Shown: in pieces, positions 24,001 through 35,968 of the stretch
Layout: every line of letters starts with the position of its first letter
How positions within the stretch are numbered: the stretch's first letter is position 1
Source of the DNA: Leucoraja ocellata
Taxonomy: Eukaryota
Direction of reading: 5' to 3'
DNA length: 64,000 bases
NCBI GenBank assembly: GCA_036785375.1
Contig: JAWMAR010000463.1
Location: 868,001-932,000, forward strand
Program-made: the position numbers and the translations under genes
The notes under the pieces: generated by a model
What the model saw: only the letters and a program-made list of their open reading frames with translations
What the model was told of the DNA's origin: nothing
Database searches by the model: none

Positions 24001-27000
24001 TTAATTGGCTGTGGTTACTTGACCCTATAATGTAAATGAGGTGGATGGGAATGATTTAAAAAAATAAAATAGAATGGATTGAAAGTTGGCATGGACGGCA
24101 TGGTCTGAAGACTTTCATGCTGTATGACTAATAGTCGCTGCCATGCTGTAAATATGTCCTCTAGAAAGACATTTCATAAGTGTTCAATGAATTTGCTTAA
24201 GACTTTGTAAACCTTTAACATTGCGTTCCTTTAAACCAAACACATTCGAGTTCTCTCCTAATTGCTTCAGATCCTGCCTGTAGGTGCCCCTCTTTAGTAT
24301 CTGTCTTCCACATATCGGACAATAGGACTGCATAAATTCCAATACAATCAGTGCACATTGAGAATTAATTGTTCCAAAGTGGAACTTGTCTCACTTGCTA
24401 ATGCATATCATGACTAGTGCAACTGATGTCTTGATCATAGAGGGCAATTTTTTAAATTTCATTGAATCCAACACTTGCAAGAATTGCATTTGAAATCATA
24501 GGAGTATTTGCCAACCGAATTGGACAATGTTGAATATTCCTTTGACTTTTTTTGCTCAGTGCATACTTAGAGCCTCTTCTATTGGGTTGTATCAATTGTG
24601 ATTTTACTTGATGCATTTTTTGTATTCATTTTCCATGAGACCTTTTAACATTAATCTGGTTTCTTGGTGAGGTGGAAGGGCAGCATATTGAGTTCTGACT
24701 GTCCTTGCTTTGCTTCATAGGTAGACCCAAAATGCTGAAGTAAGACTGGCTGCATCTCTGGAGAGAAGGAATGTGTGATGTTTCTGGTCCAGCATTTTGT
24801 GTCTACCTTCAATTTAAACCAACATCAGTAGTTCTTTCCTACACCGTTTCCTAGGTTATGGCAGCTAATGGCAATCTGACCAGAATATACTTTGAACCAT
24901 GGTATTCAAAGTACTTAATATTGAGCTGGGGTGGGCTGAGAGGAGAATGATTCATTGATGATAAAATAGTTGTATATCCAAAAGCAGGATGATGTCTGAC
25001 TGGTATCATCAGTGGTAACGGTGTGTGGAAGGGCAAGTCAATTTGTTCTTCACACTTGTAATGCATGGCACCACTGAGCAATTTGCTGATTTTTTTTTTT
25101 TTTTTTTTTTTTGCAGTACTTCAATGGGTTTTTAAATCAATTTGACTACCAAGTTCGGTCATGTTTTAACTTTGCCCAGAATGCTAAACCTTTGCCTTAA
25201 ATTTGGGAAGTTACATGCATGTATGTTTGGCCTGGGTTATAACAATTCTCAACTTTCACTGTGGCTACAACATTTTTGGGATCTGACTTCTAAAGTTGGT
25301 TCTTCACTTTTGGAAGCTTCAATGTTTGTTTTCTGTGGCCTTGGCTTAATTTTAAGCATTTTGTGATGTAACTGCTTGGTTCAAATTGTGCATTTTTGTA
25401 CAGGAAATCCTACCACCCCCTGTAATGGGGCCTCCATCCCCAGATATTCTAGGTGACCTGCTTGGCAGCCAGAATCATCATATATCAGTCATAAATCAGC
25501 AAGGCCATTCATCCCCCATACCAACGTTCCAGCAGCCTTCTCCATCCGAGTTCTTCAGAGTCAAGTCTCCAATTGGTGAGCATAAAATCTGTCTCTGGTA
25601 AGATCGGTTGAATCTCGCTTGTGCTTCAGCATAACTAAAATGACAATCTGATAGACAAGGTCCTTTTAGTAGTACTCTGAATCTTGGTAGGCTTTATTTA
25701 ACTTTTATATATCCATTCGAGCATACAAATTCCCCAAATCTACTATTATTGCTTATGACTTCCCATTTGCTGCATTTAAATTAATTAACAAGACTTGCCT
25801 GCTGTTCTAATCAGCACATCTACAATTAAATTAAATAAAAAGTTTTATTTTTAAAGGTACCCGCTGATAGGTGAGGAGTAGTCACTTCAGTGATTTTTTT
25901 TTTAAAGCACTTGTAATTGTTATGATGTGGTGGCAAACCAAGCCTGGAAATAGCATAATTGGTCAATCATTTAGCACAAATATGAAGTGGAGTGAAGTTT
26001 GCCAAAAAAGCAATGTGCTCTGACAGAAGAAAGCTGTAGGCATCTATGCCTATTGCTCATTGGAAAGTGGTTTGGCTGCCTGAAGGCATTTTATAGATAC
26101 GGATAAAACATTTTTATCTATAAGTTATTTTCAGTTGTTGTGGTAAAGATTTTTTGCACTACAGCTTCCCTCTGTCAGCCAGGTAAACTTGTCCCATTAT
26201 TCTCTCTGTAGGTTATGCCCAAAATTCTACCCACATTCAAGATCACTACCAAGGACTGCCATTGTCCAAAAATGTGTCTCCTATTACACGGGTAGGTTGA
26301 AATCTTGTGTCAAAAATAAAATTACTTCTTGTTTTCAATTGTTCAATATATTGCTGGAATATGGTAGATGTTTGTGAAGTATTTTCTCGTTTGTAATTTG
26401 ATTCTGGAACAAAATGAAGTTGGTCATTTTTTTGTATTAATTGTGACTTCTGGATGAAAAGTTTTAGACTAATTCCAAGTACTAGTTGAACCACTTAAGG
26501 ACAAAAGTTGTGACAAAGATTAGACATTGGGCAACAAGTTACTAACAAGCTAACTGAGAAACGAGTCCTGTTGCTTCACTTTGCATTTTGACCAGAGATG
26601 CTGCCTGTCCCGCTGAGTTACTCCAGCATTTTATGTCCATCTGGTGTCGATTGAGGATTGGTTAACGGGTACAGAGTAGTAAGCGCGAAAGATTAATTTT
26701 CAGCTTGAGAACTCTTGCTGGGATGAGCAACAGTCAACACATCAGGCACTCAAAATCCATATCATTGTCAAAGGTTAGACACTTGCAGTCTCTTTTCTGT
26801 AGTTGTGTAGTTGAGTCTCAGCTTGTGGAACTGTTGCCTCTGTTCCAGTGATCTGGGTTCAATCCAATCTGCTGTGATCTTTGCATGTTCTCTTGTGACT
26901 GTATTTTGTTTTCTTGGATGCTCAAGTTTCTGCCCACATTGTAATGTTTTTGCATATTGACAAGTTAATTGGCCCTTTTCCAATTTGCTCTCTGTGTTTA

Positions 27001-30000
27001 CTTCAGTCATAGAATCTGGAGGAAGTGGATGGGAGGTGGGGAGAATAAAATGGGATTAGTATAGGTAGTGCTTGATTGGTGTGGATTTGATGCGATGAAG
27101 GGCTGCAGGACTGTAAAGTCGCATGGATTGCTCCCCTCCGTTCATTTTATTGGATAACAAGGTAATACATTTAAACCTTCGACAGAAAGCAGTGCAGGTT
27201 GTGAAGGATATACAGACTTTAAGTGGAAATAATTTGATAAATGGGTAAAGTCACAACGGGTACAAATTGTTGTGAGTCAACAGCTACTACTGATTCTGTC
27301 CCTAATAATAGGCTAATAGTCCACCTCAACTGGATATGCGACACGGAACCATGGAACGTCTTCCCTTTGCCCAAGACCTACACATGCCTGGCGGAGATGT
27401 TTATCAACCTGGATATGGGAAAATACATCATGAACACAACAGGGGTGGCTATAGTGTCAGGTATGGATGTTAGAATGCAGCTGTGCTGAAGAAATAGAGA
27501 AAATTCAATAAATTGCACAATTGCAACTTTATTGTGATTTGCCAACTCAGAATTTGTACAATTTAAATATGAAGACCTTTTAATATGTGGATTTTAAAGC
27601 TGCGGTATTTACAATAAATGTAGAAACGAGGACCTGCTGATGTTGGTTTACAAAAGACGGTACTGGAGTAACAGCAGATCTGGGATGCTGCTTGCCTGCT
27701 GAGTTACTCCAGCCCTGTTTTTATTTACAGTAAATGTACAGTTAACTTGAAGATTTTGCTAAATGGGTTTTTTTGTATGTTGTTTACAACTCGGGGAAAT
27801 CTATAGAAATTTCTGAAGGTAACAAAATTGAAGGAAATTTTTGCAGAGCTTTGGAAGGAGCAGTGCGATGTAATTGGTAACTTTGAACACGATGCACGTT
27901 TCAATCCTATGTTCTATAATTCAGTGATCTACTTGATCTACTTTATGTATTCCTGACCTATTCCAAGTTCTCTAATAATCTCTCTGTTTTAGGCAGCAGC
28001 GAATTAGGTCACCTGGACCAGCCAGTCAGCACCGGTTGAATGCAGCATCACCGTCACAGGCCTCCTCGTTTACAAATATGGTAAGCGTTTTATCATTGTC
28101 TCTTCAAAGTGTAATTCAGGAATGGATGGAAGTGCATCGATGGATGAACTAGATCAGAAAAATGAGAACTGTTTATTGTAGAGATACAGGGTGGAAATAA
28201 GCCCTTCGGCGCACCATGTCCATGCCAACTGGCTACAAACCTGCACATCTTTGGAATGTGGGAGGAAATTGGAGCACTCATAGGAAACCCATGTGGTCAG
28301 AGAGAGAGCGTGCAAACTCCATACAAACAGCATCCGTAGTCGGGATTGAACCCAGGACTCTGGTGCTGTGGGCAGCAACTCTACCACTGTGCCGGGGGGG
28401 GGGGGGGGGGGGAGTGTGGAAAGTCCACTGAATTATTTTCTAAGATGGCAGACAGACAAAAACTGTATTGCTTTTGTCAAATTCGAGTTAAAATCCCATG
28501 CAGAACATTAGTGCACAAAAGTCGGATGTCTGACCGTGGCAATATTTTTGCCAAATGAGCGCAGCGGACTTTTCCACTGCTTCCTGCATTCGCTGTCAAA
28601 TGAAGGACGTCAAATGAAGTACATCAAATGCAACATCTACCCTGACTATCCCAACGTTTAAGAAACAGTTAGGCAGGTACATGGATAGGACGGGTTTGGA
28701 GGGATATGGACCAAACTCAGGCAAGTGGGACTAGTGTAGCTGGGACATGTTGGCCAGTGTGGACAAGTTGGGCTGAAGGGCCTGTTTCCACACTGTATCT
28801 CTCTGACTCTATGACTAAGCCAAAGAATTTGGACCAAACCAGAGAAACTTGGATTGAGAGTCTGACATGGTTATAACCGAGACTACGTTAATGTTTGGTG
28901 ATGGAGGCCAGGAAAGAGTGTCAGTTTATGGCATGTACAAGATGAACAGTAACAAATGTATGGCAATATCCATGGAAGGAAATGGACAAATGACATTTTG
29001 GGTCACAGCCCTTCAACTCTGAAAGAGTACAAACTCAAAGTGCTCTCTGTCCACAGATGTTGCCTGGCCTGGTGATTTCCTGCAGCCAAATATTTCCAGG
29101 TAGTAATTCTCCATGTTTTTCCTCTTTCCACACATGAAGCTTTCTCCATCGTTCACTCCTACCTCAGTCATTCGGAAGATGTTTGAAAGCAAGGATAAGT
29201 CTAAAGATGGGAAAGAAAGCCATCCAGTGAAAGACTTTGTGGAGGATGGACATGGCCTCATTGAAGGTATAGTTGGCATGATTATTTGCCATTATCAATT
29301 CATTTTATAATAATCTTTGTCCTAACCACAATTTCCAGAAAGCAAACTGAAGAAGTGGAAACTCCAGTTAGTGTACTTTCTGATGCACGTTATTAGGTTG
29401 CTTGCAAGTGTCTTCTAGAGCGTAATCTTTACGCTGCCAAAGTCACTACATACTAACATTGCTTCACTTGTGTTGCATTGCATTTGGGAAAACATTTCAT
29501 ATCTAAGCAAAACTATAATTGAGGATTTTGAAAGAATTTCATGGAGATGTAAATTCCGGTTGGTGAAATGGGAGATGGACAGCAGATGAAGGTGTGACTG
29601 TCTCATTATTTTTGTGTAATTCTCAGGTTGTCCCCCTGCCTCCAACGCTGCAGCAAAAATATCCATGTTTGTCCAACCTCTTGTAGATAGTACACTCCAT
29701 TCAAGGCAACGTCCTGGTGAACCTCTGCACCCTCTCCCAAGTCCTCCACATTTTTCCTGTATGCAGCAACTGGAACGGTACACAATGTTGCAAATGTGAC
29801 CTAACTAAAGTTTTATGCAGCATGACTTTCTGATTTTTGTACTCTATTCCATGACCACCAGCACACATGCCATATGCCCCTTTACTACCCTATACTCTTT
29901 TGTTGAGGCTTTCAGAGTGCTCTGGACTTCCACTCAAAGATCCATGCACAGTGCCCTCCATAATATTTGGGACAAAGACTCGTAATTTATTTATTTGCGC

Positions 30001-33000
30001 CTCCATAATTTAAGATTTGCAATAGAAAAAAAATCACATGTGGTTAAAGTGCACATTGTCAGATTTTAATAAAGGTCATTTTTATACATTTTCACATGAT
30101 ATTGCTGTGTCCCAAACATTATGGTGCCCTGAAATGGTACCATGTATAAATACTGCTGTGATTTCTACATGGTGAAACCAAAATGTATAAAAATAGCTTT
30201 TATTAAAATCTGGCAATGTGCACTTTAACCACATGTGATTTAAAAAATAAATTAAAAAAAATTCTATTACAAATCACAAATTGTGGAGTACAGAGACAAA
30301 TAAATAAATGATGGTTCTTTGTCCCAAACATTATGGAGGGCACTGTAGATAGATGAATAAACTATTTCTATTGGCACAAGGCACATGAACCAAAATTGAC
30401 ATTGAACGTTTCTGTATACCCATACTCAAGATGTGGAACACAGTGCCAAGTATGTTGTGGAAATTGATTCAATACTGATGGTCAAACGGATTGGTGTCCA
30501 GAGTAAAGAATTTGCTGGGTGCCTTATGGACTGAGTAGGCAGCTTCCATGCTGTAACTGTTCTGTGACTTGGTCATGTATAATGTAGAAACCCAAAGAAA
30601 TATCTGCAATGTTAAATTGTAAACTTCATCTTTGCATTTGCAGGCCATTTGTCACCAGGTTCTCAACAGGAAAACTCAAACAGAGGGACATCTCCTATTG
30701 GAGGGACAAGGTCAACATATCATAGATCTGCATGTACAACTCCTCAGTTAAACCAGATGCGATTCACTAAAGACCAAGACTATAGACCCAGGTCCACAGG
30801 AAGGAAAACTCCCTCGGGGGCCTCTCCTGTTCCCGGGTCTTCCTTTCCTCGACCTATTTGTCCTCTATCCCTTGTGTCACATGTACCCCTTGTGCGTCAG
30901 TCGCCCCCTCACTTGCCTCCAGGGGTAGTTCAGAGGATGCTGGCACAAGGCATTACACCTCAGCAGCTACAACCAGCATTGCTTCATGCAGGTGAGTGCA
31001 GAGCACTTTAATATTTTAACCCGGGAACATGGCTATAGTTTTAAGTTTAAGAGGGAGTACTTTGTCTTTTCCTTTCATCCTTACCAAAGATGGAGATTTT
31101 TTTTAAATGATCTTGAATTGGTTTCTGATGGAAGCAGGTTGGCTCTGTACCTGCTATGTGTTGAAGTAAATACTTTCTATGAATCTAAAAGGAAGTCATC
31201 CGATTGACCCAAATGTAAACCAGAAGGTGAACCCTTCCTAACTCCATCAAAAGACAGTGCTGGAGTAACTCAGCAGGTCGAGCAGAATCTCTGTTTAGTT
31301 TATCATCTGTAGTGAAGTACAGTAATAAGTTTTTGTTTGCATGCTATCCTTTTTTCTGCCCATCAACTCGACCCTGATTTTCCTGCAGCAGAGGCAATTT
31401 CCAGTTAACAATTTACCAGCACATATTTTGAAATGTGGGAGGAAACCATTGTGCCCAAGAAAATCCATGTAGTCGGAAGCTGCATTTTAATTTACTCTCG
31501 TAGCTAGGGCGCTCTAAGTGCAAGCATGTTTATGCTTTGCTACAATTAAAATCTAACCAGCATCTTGCCACTGGCACTTTCTATCAGGTTCTTTAGAAGT
31601 ACATGGTTTGGTGAATAGCTGTAGGATGCAGCTGGAATGGACTTTGTACTAACTTCATTTAAGATTATGAAAAAACTTTGCACACAACTTTGCTTTCTAC
31701 CTCTTTTAGAAAAGTTAATGACTTGGCCAAATTTACTGTGTCAGTACAGTTGTGTAGTTTTGTCTGCAGTTTGACATTGCATGTCACAGGATAAGATGTC
31801 TAACTACTTAACTGTCAGAATTTGAGTAAGGATGCATTTCAAAAAGATTGCTCTTGTGTACCTTTCACAACCTCTGAACATGTTGTGCAGTTACCAAATA
31901 ATTGTATTATGCTGGGGCTTCCAACAGCACTGCTTTCCCGCAATACGGTATGGAACTGCCAATCAAGATTTTGCTCTCACTTCAGAAGCAAAGCCATTGA
32001 TTTCTGACTTGGGAGAATGCTGTCACAGCATCAAAGCTGGCCGCATGACTTATCTGACCACAAGCTAGGAGGTGTCCCTCAAAGGTGGGGGGAAAAGTCA
32101 CACTAGCATACAGAAATAAGAAGCTGAGCATGACTGCAGAGCATGTTGATCCTTGGTGCATGAGTTGCTACTGTTTTCTGTTCTTAAAATTTGTGCTGTA
32201 ATTCTCAGAACTGGCCCTCTCAGAATATTCAGGGTTCCTTGCTATTTGGGGATTGGTTTGAGTACTTTGGAGTGTGGAAGATCAGATTTTTAAAACTTTT
32301 TTTAAAAATTGCATTTTAATTTGTCCATTAATCCAAAACTGTACTTTTTAAGCTGGTGAATGATCAGTCAACATATAAAGGACTAACCTTCAGAATGCTG
32401 CTTATTATTTCCGCTTTTGTAAAACATTATGAAAAGACCCTTGTATATCGTGCTCTATACAAGGACTGCAAACGGCTCAGAAATATACAGTCTATAAACT
32501 ATTTGTCTCTGTGGCAGGTATGTTTCAGTCAGGCATGGATCTGTCACATTTGCAGACCCTCCCTCCAACTCTCCTTGGGCAGACTTTCTATCCTCTTCCA
32601 GCAAGTGGACTCCCTTTGTTGAACCCTCGAGCTGCAATCTCTGCAGTACAGATTCAGGCATCTGGAACACCTCTACAACACCTGGCCATGATAAGACAAG
32701 GTAATGTTCAATTTGCATTTGACAAATCTTTCAAATGTTAAAATCAATCTTATTGTCAGCAAATTTGGCTTTTCCCCCCCGATGCTGATGGAAGCTTATG
32801 ACTTGACAGGAAGGCTAATATTGGTTCAGTTTTATTGTGGTATATGACAACTTGCCTGTCCACTGAGGAAGGTGGGGAAAGTAGTAATTACTATTGGCTA
32901 CTAATCCAGAATCCTGTACATTTGACCCAGACGAGTTTGAATTTGACTAAAGTGGCAGGTTATTTAAATTCAAGTAATTCATACCATTTTGAGCTGAAGC

Positions 33001-35968
33001 TCTGGTGCTGGTGAAGCTATTCTGCAACAACTGATCTGGTGCATCAGAAATTGAGGAGAGACCGGAGAGAAGTATGTAAACTTGAAGTATTTGTTGGTAG
33101 ACTGTTAATCTTTTTTTCTCGGGATGGAAATGTCAGACTAGAGAGCATAGCTTTAAGCTGAGAGGACCACTGTTTGAAAAATGTGCAGGCAAGTTTGTTA
33201 CACTGAGTGGTGGGTACTGAAACGAGCTGTTTGGAGGCAGATATGATTGTGGTATTTGAGGCTTTTAGATGGGTATGGAGGGATGTGGATCATGTGCAGA
33301 CTGAAGATTTGTTTTTAACTAGGCATATGTTCAACACAGACATTGTGGGCAGAAGGTTTTGTTCTTGTGCTACACTGATCTATGGTGCACTAATCTTAAC
33401 AATATTTACCGTGCGTAGCAAGTTGGGCCTTTGATCCAAAAAAGTGTTCAGTGGTTCAATGGTTCTTTATGGTTCAATGGATTCTTTAACTGCCTCAATT
33501 CAGAGGTAATTGAGTGAAGATGAAATAAATGCTGATAGTCACGATACAGGAACAATTTAAAAACGTACATCCATTTCTTACGGACTGCAATGCATGTTAA
33601 AGATCGGTTGTGCTCGGCTCCAGTTGTCAAATCCACATTCAGCATCAAACATAGTCATAAAGTGTGGAAATGGGCCCAACTTTCCCATGCTGACTAACGT
33701 GCTCCATCTACACTAGTCACCCATGCCTGCATTTGGCCCATATCCTTCTAGCCCCATCCTATCCATGTACTTGGACTACCTGCTTCAACTACCTGCTTTG
33801 GCAGCTTGTTCCATATGCCCACTGCCCTTTTAAAAAAAAAAATTGTTAATGACCTCTCTGGGTGAGGGGCGAAAGATTTAATAGGAACCTATCTATTCCC
33901 CTCGATCTTGCACATCTCTATAAAATCACCCCTTTTCCTCCTCGGCTCCAAGAAGTAGTCCTAGCCTACCTATAGCTCCCGCCCTCTAGTCCTGGCAACA
34001 TCCTCAATCTTCTCTGCACCCTTTCCGCATTAACAACATTTTGATCTTTATCAAATTGCTGTTTAGAGTCAGTAAAAACATTTTAACAGCTGTTGACTAT
34101 TCCACAATTTGTAATTCTGGAAATTTGGAGGCAAGAGTACTAAACTGGAGTAGTGAATGGCATTATGCGCCATGGAAGGTGACCGCAGAGCATTAGTTAG
34201 AATGTAGAATAAGACGCTGCTCAAAAATGTTATGGTTTTGAAGATGTGAACCAAAGTGTGAGGGTTTTGACCAATGGGATTGGGGACAGCTGTTTGCAGT
34301 TTTGGCTGCAGTAGACTGTAGCTTCAGAACCAGTTATGTAAGCAGCTGTTCTGTAATCATCATCAAATCCCTCCTCGAACAGTGACAACTTCCACATCAA
34401 CTCCACAAAAAATAGTCCTAGGAGTGATCTACAGACGCTGCCACTGATTAGCTGGAGTATCAGCTACTTTTGTTTTTGGATTGCCTTTGAGGAACTAGGA
34501 ACTCCATTATAACTCATCACAAACCGGGATTTAATGCTATTTTGATTCTGTTGTCGGCCACAGATTAGATTAGATTATTACTTTATTAATCCCCTTATTC
34601 AGGGGAAATTCAGATGTCCTTGCAGCACACTAATAAAAATACAACATAGCATTCAAGAAGTTTAACATTAAAACATAAAACATCCCACCACAGAGGTTCC
34701 CACTGTGGGGGAAGGCACAAAGTCCAGTCACAGAGAGTAGCTTGCTGCATGCTATTTTGTGCAGTTAAATGGAGGATGTTGAGTACCTGGTCAATGGCTT
34801 GAGATTGAGAAGATGGTACACCAGTGTTGAGATTGTCCATGTCTCAAGCATACGGGAAGGTGGGACCGGAAGAAATAAGCTTTGTGTTGGTTTTGAGTCT
34901 TGATCTTTAAACATGCCATGGTTGTAAACTGAGCTGGCAATTGAATTATTGGAATCCACCCAATCAAGGGAAATTTGCACAGCTGAATCCTGTCCATATG
35001 AAAAGGATACATGATAGAGCAGCACTTTATGTTGAGGTCTCGATTATCAACCTCCAACAGCCATTTTGCTTTATGCAAAGCAGTACTTCTAGAGCTTTTT
35101 CCCCTTAATTTCTCTTGACCTAAGTGTTGCCAATGCTCTGTCACACACAAGCTGCCTTGCTCTCGGGGAGAGCACTCCCACTTCCGAATTCAGTTTAGAT
35201 CCAGTTTGAGACAAAGGCTGAAATTGGGAATAGCAGCCCTTGTTTCTCTTCCTTTCCTCTCACCCGACTTGACAAAATTGAAAAGCAAATGGGAACTGGG
35301 CCGGGAGCTCCATGAGCAAAGTCTGCGGCCCAATTATTGTCAGTGACTGCTTTAACATTCTATCATAATTGGATAATTTGCTTATTGTGCTGTTCAATTC
35401 CATTTGCAACTTAGTTATGCAGTGGAGCCCAGACAAATCCCCACAGTGCCAACCAATGTCTCCACAATTCTAACTACCCCTATCCATGACATCAGTGACA
35501 TTACCATTTTATGTCCTTGATAACAGTATCCTAGATGGGTTTGCAGGAGAGACTCCTTGGTTCCTTATGTCAACAAAGGGATCAGTTGTGTAATGTGTGC
35601 CTCTAACAATTGGGTCTTCTATGATGGGTCATTGTTCCTGACATCCACAACTATTCCACCAGCTGCAAGATACTGGCATGAATACTCTACACTTACCTGG
35701 ATGAGTATCTATGGCTCTTGGGTTTGATGCATTTTACTTCAAATATTTTTCCTTTATCTCAGTGCTGCAGTCACCAAGTACAAGTGGCCAAGGACCTGGA
35801 GCCCACCTACATCTGAACCAGCAGAATTCCACACTGCAGCCCCTCCATCAGAGAAGTGGATCTCCTGTCAATCTCTCCAAGTGGTTCGGCAGTGATGTCC
35901 TTCAACAGCCATTGCCCTCTATGCCCAGCAAGGTGATCAGTGTGGATGAACTTGAACTCCATCAGTAG
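6653..35968 (+). CDS. EIF4ENIF1: eIF4E nuclear import factor 1 / 4E-T, multi-exon gene, 5'-partial (16 coding exons in window)
   Basis: Exons 6653-6726, 7964-8097, 14470-14759, 15557-15758, 17490-17656, 20856-20994, 22290-22478, 23181-23416, 25404-25575, 26212-26291, 27312-27460, 27993-28080, 29140-29266, 30644-30991, 32518-32700, 35763-35968 join in frame (2784 nt). Peptides match 4E-T motifs: WDPEKWHASLYP, LSPQRRSFGGGC, EEEPEWFSAGPTSQSETIELTGF, KWFGSDVLQQPLPSMP. Confidence 0.96.
7964..8097 (+). CDS. EIF4ENIF1: 4E-T exon EGIWDPEKWHASLYPTSGRSSP...RRIA
   Basis: ctag acceptor and gtgagt donor; conserved WDPEKWH motif. Confidence 0.95.
9803..9949. mobile_element. 147-bp Tc1-derived mini-element, TA-flanked, same family as the 1-1764 element
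   Basis: TA|caatgccctccataatgtttgggac ... aaacattatggagggcactg|TA. Confidence 0.8.
13237..13420. mobile_element. Penelope-like element 3'-end insertion forming a near-perfect ~155-bp hairpin, 15-bp TSD
   Basis: TSD GAGACTGAAGGGTGA at 13222-13236 and 13421-13435; right arm nearly identical to the PLE end at 45843-45945. Confidence 0.8.
14470..14759 (+). CDS. EIF4ENIF1: 4E-T exon DPRERIKEE...LSPQRRSFGGGCHV...RRIGSGRII...KEKRFR
   Basis: ctag acceptor and gtaaga donor; phase 1 to 0. Confidence 0.95.
15557..15758 (+). CDS. EIF4ENIF1: 4E-T exon with Cup-homology domain (DDX6-binding) EEEPEWFSAGPTSQSETIELTGFDD
   Basis: gcag acceptor and gtaagt donor; CHD motif essentially as in human. Confidence 0.96.
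15985..16910 (-). mobile_element. Rearranged Rex1-type LINE RT fragment
   Basis: LHLALEHLDNKHTYTRLLFID and CAEDCLPKSI-type segments; internal inversions. Confidence 0.7.
17490..17656 (+). CDS. EIF4ENIF1: 4E-T exon VECNG...GDFDFNEFFNMEKSVPGLAS
   Basis: ctag acceptor and gttagt donor; DFDFNEFFN motif. Confidence 0.93.
20856..20994 (+). CDS. EIF4ENIF1: 4E-T exon MIEEVLGEGSVSSSRFSQWFS...TPHEELERLA (GC donor)
   Basis: ctag acceptor; donor gcaagt is required for phase. Confidence 0.93.
21760..21968. mobile_element. Penelope-derived fold-back short element (family also at about 2361, 21370, 24722, 26593, 27620, 28985, 37447, 37975, 40752, 41240, 47262, 57228, 59785-60120)
   Basis: Shared consensus ctgaagaagggtctcgacccgaaacgtcacccattccttctctccagagatgctgcc...ctgagttactccagc..ttttgtgtct, on both strands. 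Confidence 0.75.
22290..22478 (+). CDS. EIF4ENIF1: 4E-T exon LEQRIP...GNYFAPI...VDILEIL...NKEKLKES
   Basis: tcag acceptor and gtatgt donor. Confidence 0.93.
23181..23416 (+). CDS. EIF4ENIF1: 4E-T exon GVVLSVEEVEAELKGLK...DMTAFNKLVNSMKASGTLPSQSKPT
   Basis: gcag acceptor and gtaagt donor; VLSVEEVEA and DMTAFNKLV motifs. Confidence 0.94.
25404..25575 (+). CDS. EIF4ENIF1: 4E-T exon EILPPPVMGPPSP...RVKSPI(G)
   Basis: acag acceptor and gtgagc donor; phase fits; similar to human ELLGQP...RIPSPIG. Confidence 0.85.
26212..26291 (+). CDS. EIF4ENIF1: 4E-T exon YAQNSTHIQDHYQGLPLSKNVSPITR
   Basis: gtag acceptor and gtaggt donor; phase 1 to 0; similar to human DPFQG...MSPITAQ. Confidence 0.8.
27312..27460 (+). 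CDS. EIF4ENIF1: 4E-T exon ANSPPQLDM...VYQPGYGK...GGYSV(R)
   Basis: atag acceptor and gtatgg donor; bridges phase 0 to 2; YQPGYGK corresponds to human YQPGFGK. Confidence 0.82.
27993..28080 (+). CDS. EIF4ENIF1: 4E-T exon QQRIRSPGPASQHRLNAASPSQASSFTNM
   Basis: ttag acceptor and gtaagc donor. Confidence 0.88.
28185..28393 (-). mobile_element. tRNA-derived SINE (HE1/V-SINE-like); related copies at about 26815-27080(+), 42305-42420(+), 47505-47590(-)
   Basis: Minus strand ggcacagtggtagag (A box) ... gggttcaatccc (B box), then tttgcacgctctc...tttcctcccacattccaaaga core. Confidence 0.7.
29140..29266 (+). CDS. EIF4ENIF1: 4E-T exon LSPSFTPTSVIRKMFESK...
   Basis: aag acceptor and gtatag donor; conserved FTPTSVIRKM. 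Confidence 0.92.
29949..30345. mobile_element. Tc1-family MITE (internally deleted derivative of the 1-1764 family)
   Basis: TIRs cagtgccctccataatatttgggac...gtcccaaacattatggagggcactg|TA. Confidence 0.88.
30644..30991 (+). CDS. EIF4ENIF1: 4E-T exon ...KDQDYRPRSTGRKTP...VQRMLAQG...
   Basis: gcag acceptor and gtgagt donor. Confidence 0.93.
32518..32700 (+). CDS. EIF4ENIF1: 4E-T exon MFQSGMDLSHLQ...FYPLPA...LLNPR...HLAMIRQ
   Basis: gcag acceptor and gtaatg donor. Confidence 0.92.
35763..35968 (+). CDS. EIF4ENIF1: 4E-T last coding exon ...KWFGSDVLQQPLPSMPSKVISVDELELHQ*
   Basis: tcag acceptor; TAG stop at 35966-35968; conserved C-terminal motif. Confidence 0.96.
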
